NCBI RefSeq assembly: GCF_009914755.1
Contig: NC_060936.1
Length of the DNA: 64,000 nucleotides
Source of the DNA: the human T2T-CHM13v2.0 reference genome, Homo sapiens
Reading direction: 5' to 3' (one strand)
Shown here: positions 1 to 14,389 of the stretch, in pieces
How positions within the stretch are numbered: position 1 is the stretch's first letter
Layout of the letters: every line of letters starts with the position of its first letter
Translations under genes and position numbers: made by a program
Notes under the pieces: generated by a model
Seen by the model: only the letters and a program-made list of their open reading frames with translations
Database searches by the model: none
What the model was told of the DNA's origin: nothing

Positions 1-2129
1 GAGCAAAATATAGTACAGTCCTAACATAACTTTTCCAAGATGATACAGTTTTTGTACTTCTCAGGGTACTGGGAATCATATTCATCATGGATCTGGGACT
101 ATTTTCATGGCATGCAATGAGTGACAATCGTGTAGACAGCATTTTGATAGCCAGATGAGCTAATTAAGCACAGATGGGAGAGAAGGCCCATGAGGTTTTG
201 GCAGGGATTGGTTCAGTGAAACTAGATTTTTTATTTTTTAGTAACTACTGATTAATGGAACTATAAATTCTATATTTTAAACTGAGATCATAGTATAAAT
301 TCATAGTGAAGACAATTGTACAAAATGCAATTGTAACATTCAGAAGCATTTTGAATATTAAATTTTACAAATTAATTTTTGTATTTTACACCCATGTTTC
401 CTAAGACAATGCCATGTGTTCATAGTTGTGTAAAGCACCTTTATAAAATGAGGAATTTGGAATCTAGTTCAAGATAAGAAGTCAGAATTGCTAGTGGGAT
501 TTGGATTTGGATTTCTTTCTAGGAAAATTATGTACTTTAATTGTGATCATTAAGCCACCCCTAATAGCTCTTGGCTCTACTATTGCAAAATATTTTTTTC
601 TTCTGTTTTAGCATTTAACTTATCAGCTAAGCTGTGCTGTTACCAGAGGTGGGGAGAATGAACACGTTACTGGAGTAACAAGAATAGTTTCTTTAAATAT
701 TAAACTCCTTTTTAATGAGTTGTGTACACATGACAATTTCTGCCCAAGAAACTGCAATCCACTATATTTTCATGGTATTTATCTTAGAGTGAAATGTTTT
801 CTTTGAGTTCATTTTAATCTCTTTCCAGTATTTCTATTTTTGTGTCAGGATATTGATGTCCATTAACTAGTGAGGTGCATCAGCCGTACAAATATGATAG
901 AGATATTCCCAAAGGCAGAACCCTGATTTTTTTTTTTTCGGATGTAAAGATGACAATCAGTTCTTGGGAAAAACCAGCTATTAACTACCTGCTGAGTTTA
1001 TTTGCACATGTCCTTCTCTGTTACATTCAGGCATCTAAAAATTAATTTGTTGCTAGATTACTTTTGTATGTATGATTATATTGAATAATGTGAAATTTTG
1101 ACAAAAAAGAGGGCTCTTTTAAAGCATTATTTTAGATCACTCAGTCTCTAATCTTTTCTGGGGTTCTTTTGCATGTAAAGTGTCTTTTTATTAAGTTATG
1201 GAAATTGGAACCCATCTCCTGGTTTCTAAAAACAATTATTATTTTTGTCTGTGCACCAGAGGTGTTTATGCTTTCTCCTTTTTCTATTATAATGCCTTTT
1301 CTTATTATATTATTGAATGTTCTACTGTCTGCCTGAAAATATCTGTTTTTCAGATCTTGCTTTTGTTTTTGTATTCTTTCATTTTCTCAGGTGCTTATGC
1401 TTTAATGAGGCTCCTCTTAATTTGTGCTGCCTCAGTTAAAAGCCTTTTGCTGCTTACCTCTTTGAGAATGGCTCCTTCACTAAAGGTAATATATGGTAGA
1501 TTAACATATGTATTTTGACCTCATCATGAATATCTTGATCTTTCAACTTTTCAAATATGTACATCATTTACAATTTCATATTATAAAACATCTTTTAGAA
1601 AGTGCTGAAGGTTGGCATATGTATTGAATGGCAATTGAGAATTTTTTTCATCTGCCCAATCTTGTATTTGGCCAGACTAAGAGGCAAGCTCTTTTGCGTT
1701 TGACATTTCAGACTATGAAAGCCATTTTTTCTTTTTAGTGTGAATAATAATAGTGCCTCTGGCAGAATTAAAGGAGGAATATGACTGAAATGTCTGCCTT
1801 TTGATTTTGTTATTTCTTGCCATTACCTTTAAATAGGCACTCACCCCTTCATTACTTAACTATTGAAACAAATTTCTCAATAATTATTCTGCTTTTTGTC
1901 TATTCAGACGCAGATGATTCCATATACTGCTATTAAGTTAATTATCTTAAAACACTCTTTTGTACAAGCTATTCCTCTGGTCGAGTTTTCATTGATTCCA
2001 TATTGCTTGGGGAAAAATTATTCAAAATACTTAGCTTGGCATTCAGAAGCCTGCAAAGTTAAGCTTTAATTTACTTTTCCAACATTACTGTTTTCCCCTC
2101 CCCAAATGATATATGCGTCCACCTTCTGG

Positions 2130-2352
2130 ATTTAGCATTGTGAAAAGCACTGGATCTAGAGAATACCTTGCTTCAAAACCTGCATAAACTTGGGCAAGTT
2201 GTTGCTCTTTCTATGTCTCAATCTCCTCAGAGCAAAACTGGAGATAAGAAGAGTATCTATCTCATAGGATTGTTGAGTATTAAATGTATTAATACATGCA
2301 AAGTTTCTAGAAGAGAAAAGGCACAAGATAGATGGCCAATATAAGTTAGCTT
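2130..2352 (+). mobile_element. MIR SINE (degenerate)
   Basis: MIR-like core 'acttgggcaagtt...tctcaatctcctc...aaaactggagataagaagagtatctatctcataggattgttg...attaaatg'. Confidence 0.65.
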
Positions 2353-3139
2353 AACAAAAATTTTACTATTTGTTTGGCTCAAGATTTCTTCCCTGAATTA
2401 TATGGCTCTCAAATCCAAATTATTGTATTTCTACCCACATCCTACCCAAATGAATACAATGCAGTTGCATAAGATAGTAATGTTTTTCTCCTATAACTTA
2501 AAGCAGTTATATATTTGTGTTAGTTTTTTTATTTTTAATACCATACTCTCTTTAATTTCTAGTGCAATATTCAGATATGTATGTTTTGCTTCTGCAATCC
2601 TCCCTTATTATCCCACATCTACTAGGGTGCTTTGAACAAAATAGATGCTCAACAAATGCCTGCTACGGATGCTAACCATTACAAAACTAGCCAAGAGCAC
2701 CTACGGTAGAGTTATTATGTAGCAAAATGTAATTTGGTCCTATTACTTTCATTCTTTCCACTATCTTTCTGTATGGAGTTAAGTATCTTGAGGTTACAGA
2801 GCAATTGATAAAACATGGTTCAACTTTTGCTTTAAAAGTATATGTGTGCATCTGTATACTTTTAGGTAAAGTCAGGAAAGACATATAATAATCAAAAAAT
2901 AATAATTAGCCCTGAGTGGAGTGAAGTGGAAAAGCCAAGGAGTTCAGTAGGTAAAAACGCTCACTTCTTGTTTTGTAAAATTTGGGTAAAAGAGAGGTAG
3001 AATTATGTTTGAATTAAACTTTAATATTCTACATATTTTTAAAAAGTAAAAGAGCATGTATATAAATGTGTATATAGGTGTTCATAGAAATAATAGCTCT
3101 CTGTTATAAAACCACAGTATTAAAAGCAACACTTAGGAA

Positions 3140-4208
3140 TTCTTATTTCAGTTCCAATATCTAAAGAGCATGAAGCTTGGAAGTCATCATTCTTACATCC
3201 ACAATAAAAAAGAAAGTAGAATAAGCTGATAACCACTGACTTTTCCTAGATTCATCAGAGAACTGAGGTCACAGGAGAAGCCACCATCCAAAAAACTAGA
3301 GATATAGACAAATATTTAGAATCACAGCCAAAATTAGCTTACTAGGAGCAGAAGTCATTGGATTCACTAACTGGTGGGAAAATACCTAAATGTTCCTATT
3401 ACCAGATGCATCAGTCATCAACAGCTTTCAATAAAAAGTTATAAGGCACACTAAGAGTCCAAAAAGACAAAGCAGATTTGGATATGATAGAGGTTTTGGA
3501 ATCATTTGACAGAAAATCTAAAATAACTATGATGAAGATGTTTAGGCTCTAACATACAAAGTAGATAACATGTAAGAAAAATGGATAATGTATGCAGAAA
3601 GATAAAATATCTAAAAACAAATCAAAAGGAAATGCTAGAAAAAATGTAACACAATAGAGAGTATCTTCAATGTGCTCTTTAGTAGACTGGACATGGCCAA
3701 GGAAAGAATCACTGAACTTGAAGATATGTCAACGGAAACTTTCCGAACTGAATGTGAAGAGAAAAAACAATGAATAAAATGGAATCAAATATTCAAGAAT
3801 GGTGACACAATTACAAAAGATGTAATATGTGTAGTGGGAATACTAGAAAGAAAAAACAGAAAGGAGTAGAAGAAATATTTAAAGTCAGCATTGGTGAGAA
3901 TTTTCCAAAATTAATGAGAGACACCAAATCATAGATCCCAGAAGCAAACATTAAACAGGATACATACAAAAAAAATCTGTACCTAGGGACATTGTGTTTA
4001 AACTGCAGAAAACTAAAGAAAACAAATAACTTGAATAAAAATCAACCAGAAAAAAAAACTTACCAATAGAGGAACAAGTATAAGACCGTCATGAATCTTC
4101 TCTTTAGGAACCATATAGGAAAAAAGACAATGCATTAAATATTTAAGTATTGAAAGAAAAAAAATGCCAAGCTAGAATTTTGTAACCAGTGAAATGATCT
4201 TTCAAAAG
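3140..4208 (+). mobile_element. Old L1 (L1M-class) 5' region/ORF1 relic
   Basis: A-rich strand bias; ORF1-like motifs 'gaattttccaaaattaatgagagacaccaaatcatagatcccagaagc' and 'ctagaattttgtaaccagtgaaatgatctttcaaaagt'. Confidence 0.65.
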
Positions 4209-4538
4209 TATCTATTAGGATAGCTGCTATCAAAAACAAAACAAACAAAAACCGCAAGATAACAAGTGTTGGTAAAAATATGGAGAAACTAAAACCCTTG
4301 CCCACTGTTAGTGGAGTTGTAGAGTTTTACCACTCCTATAGAAAACAGTATGGAGCGTCCTCAAAAAATTAAAAATAGAACTACTATATGATCTAATAAT
4401 CTCAATTCTAGGTATATATCCAAAAGAATTAAAAGAAGGAGCTTGGAGAGATACTTGCACATCCATGTTTATAAAAGCATTATTCACAATAAAGATGGAA
4501 GCAACTTCAATGTCATCAAGGGCTAAATGAACAAAATA

Positions 4539-5283
4539 TTTACATTGATTTTGTGTCTAGAAACTTTACTGAAGTTGTTTATCAGCATTGGGAGCTTCTG
4601 GGTAGACTATGGGGTATTTTAAGTATAGAATCATATGGTCTGTAAAGAGAGACAGTTTGACTTCCTCTTTTCCTGTTTGGATGCCTGTTATTTCCTTCTC
4701 TTGCCTGACTGATCTGACTAGGACTTCCAGTACTATGTTGAATAGGAGTTGTGAGACTGGGCATCCTTGTCTTGGTCTGGTTCTCAAGGTGAATGCTTCT
4801 AGTTTTTGCCCATTCAGTATGATGTTGGCTGTGGGTTTGTTATAAATGGCTCTTATTATTTTGAGGTATGTTCCTTCAATGCCTAGTTTGTTGAGGGTTT
4901 TTAATATGAAGAATGTTGGATTTTATTGGAAGTCTTTTCTGAATTCATTGAGATGATCATGTAGTTTTTGTCTTTAGTTCTGTTGAGATGAATCATATTT
5001 ATTGATATGCATATCTTGAACAAATCTTGCATCCCAAGGGTAAAGTCTACCTGATTATGGTGTATTAGCTCTTTGATGTGCTTTTGAGTTTGGCTTGCTA
5101 GTATTTTGTTGAGTATTTTTGCATCTAGGTTCATCAAGGATATGAAGTTTTCTTTTTAGGTATTGTGTTTGCTAGATTTTGTTATCAGAAAGATACTGAC
5201 CTCATAAAATTAGTTAGGGAGGAGTCCTTCCTCCTTGATTTTTTGGAATAATTTCAATAGGATTGTTACCAGCTTTTTTTGTA
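4539..5283 (-). mobile_element. L1PA15/16-like ORF2 (RT region), inverted segment
   Basis: Minus-strand ORFs 4901-5137 ([13 protein letters not shown]) and 4566-4787 ([18 protein letters not shown]) are L1 RT motifs. Confidence 0.85.
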
Positions 5284-5631
5284 TGAAATCACATCCTTTG
5301 CAGCAACATGGAAGCAGCTGGACGCCATTTTCCTAAGTGAATTAAAGCAGGATCAGAGAACCAAACACTGAATGTTCTGACTTATAAGTGAGAGCTAGAC
5401 ATTGAGTACGCATGGACACAAATATAGGAGCAATAGACACTGGGGCGTACTTGAAGCAAGAGGTTGGGAGGAGGGTAAGTGTTGAAAAACAGTCTATCAG
5501 ATGTTATGCTTACTACCTCACTGAAGAAATCATTTGTACACCAAACACCAACAACATACAACTTAACATATAACAAACCTGCAAACATACCCCCACAAAC
5601 CTAAAATAAAAGTTGAGATTAGAAAAATAAA
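5284..5631 (+). mobile_element. L1PA15/16-like 3' end (non-inverted part of the 5'-inverted insertion)
   Basis: 'gaaatcacatcctttgcagcaacatgg...aaacctaaaataaaagttg' followed by an A-rich tail. Confidence 0.85.
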
Positions 5632-5715
5632 GTATGTGTCCACACTTTATTTTTTAAATTTTATATATAACACGGACACACACAATGGAATGTTATTCAG
5701 CCTTAGAAGTAAAGG

Positions 5716-6780
5716 TGGGGGTTCCAAGATGGCCAAATAGGAACATCTCCAGTCTCCAGCTCCCAGCGTGAGTGACACAGAAGACTGGTGATTCCTGCAT
5801 TTCCAACTGAGGTACTGGGTTCATCTCACTGGGGCTTGTCGGACAGTGAGTGCAGTCCACAGAGCCTGAGCTGAAGCAGGGCAGGGCATCGCCTCACCCG
5901 AGAAGCTCAAGGGGTTGGGGAATTCCCTTTCCTAGCCAAGGGAAGCTGTGAAAGATGGTACCTGGAAAATTGAGAAACTCCCACCCTAATACTGTGCTTT
6001 TCCAATGGTCTTAGCAAAGAGCACACCAGGAGATTATATCCCATGCTTGGCTTGGAGGGTCCCACACCCACAGAGCCTCACTCACTGCTAGCACAGGGGT
6101 CTGAGATCTAACTGCAAGGCGGCAGCAAGGCTGGGGGAGGGGCGTCCGCCATTGCTGAGGCTTGAGTAGATAAACAAAGCATCTGGGAAGCTCAAACTGG
6201 GTGGAGCCCACTGCAGCTCAAGGAGGCCTGCCTGCCTCTGTAGATTCCACCTCTGGGGTGAATCTGAAGAAAATGTTCAGGGCATAGCTGAACAAAAGGC
6301 ATAGCTTATGTTCAGGGCATAGCTGAACAAAAGGCAGCAGAAACTGCTGCAGACTTAAACGTCCCTGTCTGACAGCTTTGAGGAGAGTAGTAATTCTTCC
6401 AGCCCAGAGTTTGAGATCTGAGAATGGACAGACTCCCTCGTCAAGTGGGTCCCTGACCCCCAAGTAGCCTAACTGGGAGGCACCTCCCAGTAGGGGCTGA
6501 CTGACATCTTACATGGCTGGGTGCCCCTCTGAGACGAAGCTTCCAGAGGAAGGATCAGGCAGCAACATTTACCGTTCTGCAATATTTGCTGTTCTGCAGC
6601 CTCCGCTGGTGATACCCAGGCAAACAGGGTCTGGAGTGGACCTCCAGCAAACTCCAACAGACCTGCAGCCAAGGGTCCTGACTGTTAGAAGGAAAACTAA
6701 CAAATGGAAAGGACATCCACACCAAAACCCCATCTCTACGTCACCATCATCAAAGACCAAATGAAGATAAAACCACGAAC
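5716..6780 (+). promoter_or_regulatory. L1 5'UTR internal sense/antisense promoter with intact YY1 site (CAAGATGGCC, 5725-5734)
   Basis: Matches the L1PA 5'UTR; retains the ~129 bp segment (~6525-6655) that is absent from L1HS/L1PA2; many CpGs decayed. Confidence 0.7.
6108..6152 (-). pseudogene. L1 ORF0 remnant, truncated (MADAPPPALLPPCS*)
   Basis: Hand translation from the minus-strand ATG at 6152 resembles the ORF0 N-terminus MAGAPPPASLPPCS; TAG at codon 15. Confidence 0.7.
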
Positions 6781-7805
6781 ATGGGGAGAAACCACAGCAG
6801 AAAAGCTGAAAATTCTATAAATCACAGCACCTCTTCTCCTCCAAGGGAACCCAGCTCCTCACCAGCAATGGAACAAAGCTGGACAGAGAATGACTTTGAC
6901 GAGTTGAGAGAAGAAGGCTTCAGATGATCGGTAATAACAAACTTCTCCAAGCTAAAGGAGGATGTTCGAACCCATCGCAAAGAAGCTAAAAACCTTGAAA
7001 AAAGATTAGACAAATGGCTAAATAGAATAAACAGCATACAGAGGACCTTAAATGACCTGATGGAGCTGAAAACCATGGCACAAGAACTACGTGATGCATG
7101 CACAAGCTTCAGTAGCTGATTTGATCTAGTGAAGAAAGGGTATCAGTGATTGAAGATCAAATGAATGAAATGAAGTGAGAAGAGAAGTTTAGAGAGAAAT
7201 GAGTAAAAAGAAACAAACAAAGCCTCCAAGAAATATGGGACTATGTGAAAAGAGCAAATCTACGTTTGATTGGTGTACCTGAAGGTGATGGGGAGAATGT
7301 AAACAAGTTGGAAAACACTCTTCAAGATATTATCCAGGAGAACTTCTCCAACCTAGCAAGGCAGGCCAACACTCAAATTCAGGAAATACCGAGAATGCCA
7401 CAAATATACTCCTCGAGAAGAGCAACTGCAAGACACATAATTGTCAGATTCACCAAAGTTGAAATGAAGGAAAAAATGTTAAGGCAGCCAGAGAGAAAGG
7501 TTGGGTTACCCACAAAGGGAAGCCCATTAGACTAACAGCAGATCTCTCAGCAGAAACTCTACAAGCCAGAAGAGAGTGGGGGCCAATATTCAACATTCTT
7601 AAAGAAAAGAATTTTCAACCCAGAATTTCATATCTAGCTAAAGTAAGCTTCATAAGTGAAGGAGAAATAAAATCCTTTATAGACAAGCAAATGCTGAGAG
7701 ATTTTGTGAGGCGCCAGGCCTGCCTTACAAGAGCTCCTGAAGGAAGCACTAAACATGGAAAGGAACAACCGGTACCAGCCACTGCAAAAACATGCCAAAT
7801 TGTAA
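6781..7805 (+). pseudogene. L1 ORF1p (RNA-binding chaperone), disrupted
   Basis: ATG 'atggggagaaac' at 6781, terminal 'gccaaattgtaa'; in-frame TGA at 6925-6927; ORF fragment 7245-7535 NLRLIGVPE...IIVRFTKV. Confidence 0.92.
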
Positions 7806-7868
7806 AGACCATTGATGCTAGGAAGAAACTGCATCAACTAATGAGTGAAATAACCAGCTAACATCATA

Positions 7869-10475
<2,607 letters not shown>

Positions 10476-10682
10476 ACAATGAGAACACTTGGACATAGGG
10501 TGGGGAACATCACACACCAGGGCCTATCGTGGGGTGGGGGAAGGGGGGCAGGATTATACCTAATGTAAATGACGAGTTAATGGGTGCAGCACACCAGCGT
10601 GGCACATGTATACATATGTAACAAACCTGCACATTGTGCACATGTACCCTAGAACTTAAAGTATAATAATAATAAAAAAAAA

Positions 10683-10790
10683 GCAGATCATGTAATAAAC
10701 CTAATTTTAAAAAATTAAAAAAAGAAATAGCTAGTTAATTTTCACTATTTTATAGTATTCCATTAAATAAATACACAAAATTTTTTTTAA
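10683..10790 (+). other. Putative L1 3'-transduced sequence
   Basis: Non-L1PA sequence lying between the L1 A-tail and the 3' TSD, with two AATAAA motifs each followed by A-rich tracts. Confidence 0.65.
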
Positions 10791-11094
10791 AAAAGTAAAG
10801 GCATACTGGCATATGCTATTGTGTGAATGAATGTGGCAGATATTGTGTTAACTGAAATAAGCCAGTCACGAAAAGACAAATGCTGTATTATTTCACTTTT
10901 ATAAGGAATCTAAAGTAGTTAAACTCATAGAAACAGAAAGTAGAGTAGTGAATACCAAGGGCTAGGGTGGAGGGCAGTGTTTCATGAATATAGGCTTTGG
11001 TTTGCAAAATGAAAAAGCTGTGGAAATCTGCCTCACAGCAATGTGAATATACTTCATATCACCAAACTGTACACTTAAAAATAGTTAAAATGGA

Positions 11095-11888
11095 TCTTTT
11101 CCAGCTGGAACCCCATGGAGGATACTGAAGAGAAGACAAAGCAGGTCTCTGTTGTGGCAGAAACCCTTAAGAAAAAGTGAGGGAATTTTGCAGAGCGGAA
11201 GATCGAGTACCTGAGAAAGAAGTTTACCCATAAATGCTTTGAAAGCAAAGAAGAAAACTCATCTATGAAGAAACTAAACACTACCTTGAGGAATATGAGC
11301 AGATGTACAAAACTGAGATTTGAATGGGTAGGCTGGCAAGAAAAGCTGGCAACTTTTACATACCTGCAGAACCCAAATTGCTATTTGTCATCAGGACCAG
11401 AAGTATCAATAGTGTGAGCCCAAAGGTCCAAAAGATGTTGCAGCTTCTTTCCCTTTGTCATATCATCAGCGCAACCTTTGTTAAGCTCAACAATGCTTCA
11501 AATAACATGCTGAGGATTGTAGAACCGTATATTGCATTGGGGTACCTGAACCTGAAGTTAGTAAAAGAACTAATCAACAAATGTGGTGATGTCAAAATCA
11601 GTAAGAGGCAAATTGCCTTGACAGATAACACTTAGGTTGCTTGAAGTCTTGGTAAATATTGGCATCATCTGCATGGGATATCTGATTCGTGAGACCTATA
11701 CTTTTGGAAAATGTGTCAAACAAGCAAATAACTTCATGTGGCCCTTCAAATCATCTTCTCCATGAAGTGGAATGAAAAAAAGAACACCCATTTTGTTGAA
11801 GGGGAGATTCTGGCCGCAGGGAAGACCAGATCAACAGGTTTATTAGAGGGACAAATTAAGGGGTCTACTATGATTATTCTTATAATCT
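11095..11888 (+). pseudogene. RPL7: Processed pseudogene of ribosomal protein L7 (uL30)
   Basis: Intronless; 5'TOP-like 'cttttccagctggaacc'; ATG 11115; peptide [19 protein letters not shown]...[14 protein letters not shown]...IALTDN; stop region TAA 11857-11859; premature stops and frameshifts; start of 3'UTR 'gtctactatgattatt'. Confidence 0.95.
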
Positions 11889-11974
11889 CTCTCTCTTTCC
11901 CTCTCTGTCTCTCTCTATATATTTACTTCTCTTTCTTTGTTTTTTTTTCTTTATGTTTGTATGCATTTTTCTTG

Positions 11975-12180
11975 CTTTGTTTTCTGAGAACTGAAGTATG
12001 TGGGTAGATATCTTTCAGCAGTTTTGGGAAATTCCCTACCACGTTTTTTTCAAAACTACTACTATCTCATCTTTCTATCTTCTCTTTATTGTACTTCAAT
12101 TACATAAAGGCTAAATTTTGGCTTTGTTCGGATATTCCTTGAGTTATCTTCTGTTTTACCCATTATTTTTATTTTTACTG
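11975..12180 (-). mobile_element. Old L1M ORF1-region fragment
   Basis: 'tctttcagcagttttgggaaattc...cttcaattacata' resembles antisense L1M ORF1. Confidence 0.45.
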
Positions 12181-12384
12181 TATTTTATTTTATTATAGTA
12201 ATGGAAACTATTGTTTTAATAAGAGAATTAAAATGCCACATTAGATAACATGTACACAAAAGAAGACAATAATGGAGGAACAGAAGAAAAAGAAGGATAT
12301 TTGGCATATAGAAATCAATTACCTGGTAATATGGCAGATGTAAATTGTACCTTATCAGTTGACAATAATTTATTTTTGTTACTG

Positions 12385-13724
12385 TTTTTTAAATTTCAAC
12401 TTTAGTTTTAGATACAGAGGGTATATGTACAGGTTTTTTAAGTGAGAATATTGTGTGACACTGAGGTTTTGGGTACATATCCCATCACTCAGGTAGTGAG
12501 CATAGTATCTGATAGGTAGTTTTTCCACCCATACCCCTGCCTCCCTCTCCACTTTAGTAGCATGCAGTGTCTATTGTTGCCATGTTTATATCCATGTGAG
12601 CTCATGTTTAGTTTCCACTTATAAGTGAGAACACATGGCATTTGTTTTTCTGTTCCCGCATTCATTTGCTTAGGATTATGGTCTCCAACTGTACCTATGT
12701 TGCTGCAAAGGACATGATTTTATTTTTTTATTGCTGCATAATATTTCATGGTGTCTATGTACCACATTTAAAATCCAATCTAACATTGATGGGCTCCTTG
12801 GTTGATTCCATGTCTTTGCTATTGTGAACAGTGCAGTGATGAACACACGGGTGCATGCGTCTTTTTGGTAGAATGATTTATTTTCCTTTGAATAGATACC
12901 AGTAATGGTACTGCTAGGTCAAATTGTAGCTCTGCTTTAAGTTCTTTGAGAAATCTCCGAACTGGTTTTCACAGTGGCTGAACTAAGTTACCTTCCCATC
13001 AACAATGTCTAAGCATTCCCTTTTCTCCTGAGCCTTAATATCATCTGTTGTTTTTTGACTTTTTGATAATAGTCATTCTGACTGGTGTGAGATGGTATCT
13101 CATTGTGATTTTGATTTGCATTTCTCTAATAATTACAAATGATAAACATTTTTTCATATGTGTTTTGGCTGCGTATATCTTTTCTTTTGAGAAGTGGCTG
13201 CTCATGCCCCTTGCCCATTTTTTTAATGGAGTTGTTTTTGTATGTAGATTTATTTAAGTTATCTATGAATTCTGGATATTAGGCCTTAGATGCATAGTTT
13301 GTGAATCTCTTATCCCATTCCATAGGTTTCTATTTACTGCTTCAATAGTTTCTTTGGCTGTGTGGAAGCTCTTTAGTTTAATCTTAGGCTCCACTTGTCA
13401 ATTTCTGTTGTTGCAATTGCTTTTGGGAACTTAGCCAAAAAGTCTTTACAAAGGTCAGTGATAAGAAAAGTATTTCCTAGTTTGTCTTCTATGATTTTTA
13501 TAGTTTGAAGTCATACATTTAAATATTTGATCCATTTTGAGTTAATTTCTGTATGTGGTGAAAGGTAGGGGTCCAGCTTCACTCGTCTGCATATTGGCTA
13601 GCCAGTTATCCCGGCATCATTTATCAAATAAGGAGTCTTTTTCCACATTGCTTGTTTTTGTTGACCTTGTTGAGGATCAGATGAGAATCAGGCTGTATTT
13701 CTGAGTTTTGTATCTTGTTCCATT

Positions 13725-13789
<65 letters not shown>

Positions 13790-13870
13790 ATATATATATA
13801 TGTGTATGTATATATATTTATGTATATATGTGTATATATATATTTATGTATGTGTATATATATATATTTA

Positions 13871-13905
<35 letters not shown>

Positions 13906-14048
13906 TTAATTATTTATTTATTTAATTTTTTTTTTTTTTTACCAGTACTATGCTGTTAGGGTTACTGTAACTTTGGTGTTTAGTTTGAAATTGGGTAGTG
14001 TGATGCCTCTGGCTTTGTTGTTTTAGCTTAGGAATGTTTTGGCTATTG
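12385..14048 (-). mobile_element. L1PA16-like, 5'-truncated (3'UTR and ORF2 C-terminal region)
   Basis: Antisense 3' end 'tttcaactttagttttagatacagaggg...' through 'gtgtgatgcctctggctttg...gcttagga'. Confidence 0.88.
13727..13940. repeat. Compound microsatellite (CT)n(AT)n(GT)n plus poly-T
   Basis: Seen directly; interrupts the L1 between 'ccattgg' and 'accagta'. Confidence 0.95.
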
Positions 14049-14385
14049 TGACATCAATAGCATAGAATGTGGTGGCAGGGAAAAGTAAAAATGTAGAGTT
14101 TTGTATGCAATTGATGTTGTTATCACCTTAAAATGAAATCTATAACAATAAGATATTTAATGTAAGCCCTATGGTAACCAGAAAGAAAAATAAACATTAG
14201 TAGAAACCCAAAGGATAAAGACAAAGGAATCAAAATATGCCACTGCAAAAAAAAAAAATCAACAAATCACAAAGAAAAACAAAAAGAGAGGAAAAAAAAT
14301 GAAGGAACTATAAAACATTCAAAAAACAGTGGGCAAAATGTCAATAGTAAATTTTAGCTAATCAGTAATTATATTAAATGTATGT
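14049..14385 (+). mobile_element. L1M inter-ORF/ORF2 start fragment
   Basis: 'gtaagccctatggtaacc...aatcacaaagaaaaac...aaaatgtcaatagtaa...taattatattaaatgta'. Confidence 0.65.
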
Positions 14386-14389
14386 TTGA

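Noticed and set aside
1198-1518. 106-aa hydrophobic ORF
   Set aside because: Hydrophobicity follows from the T-rich composition; no recognisable domain or exon structure
13708-13959. YIYI/CVCV-rich ORFs
   Set aside because: Translation of a microsatellite
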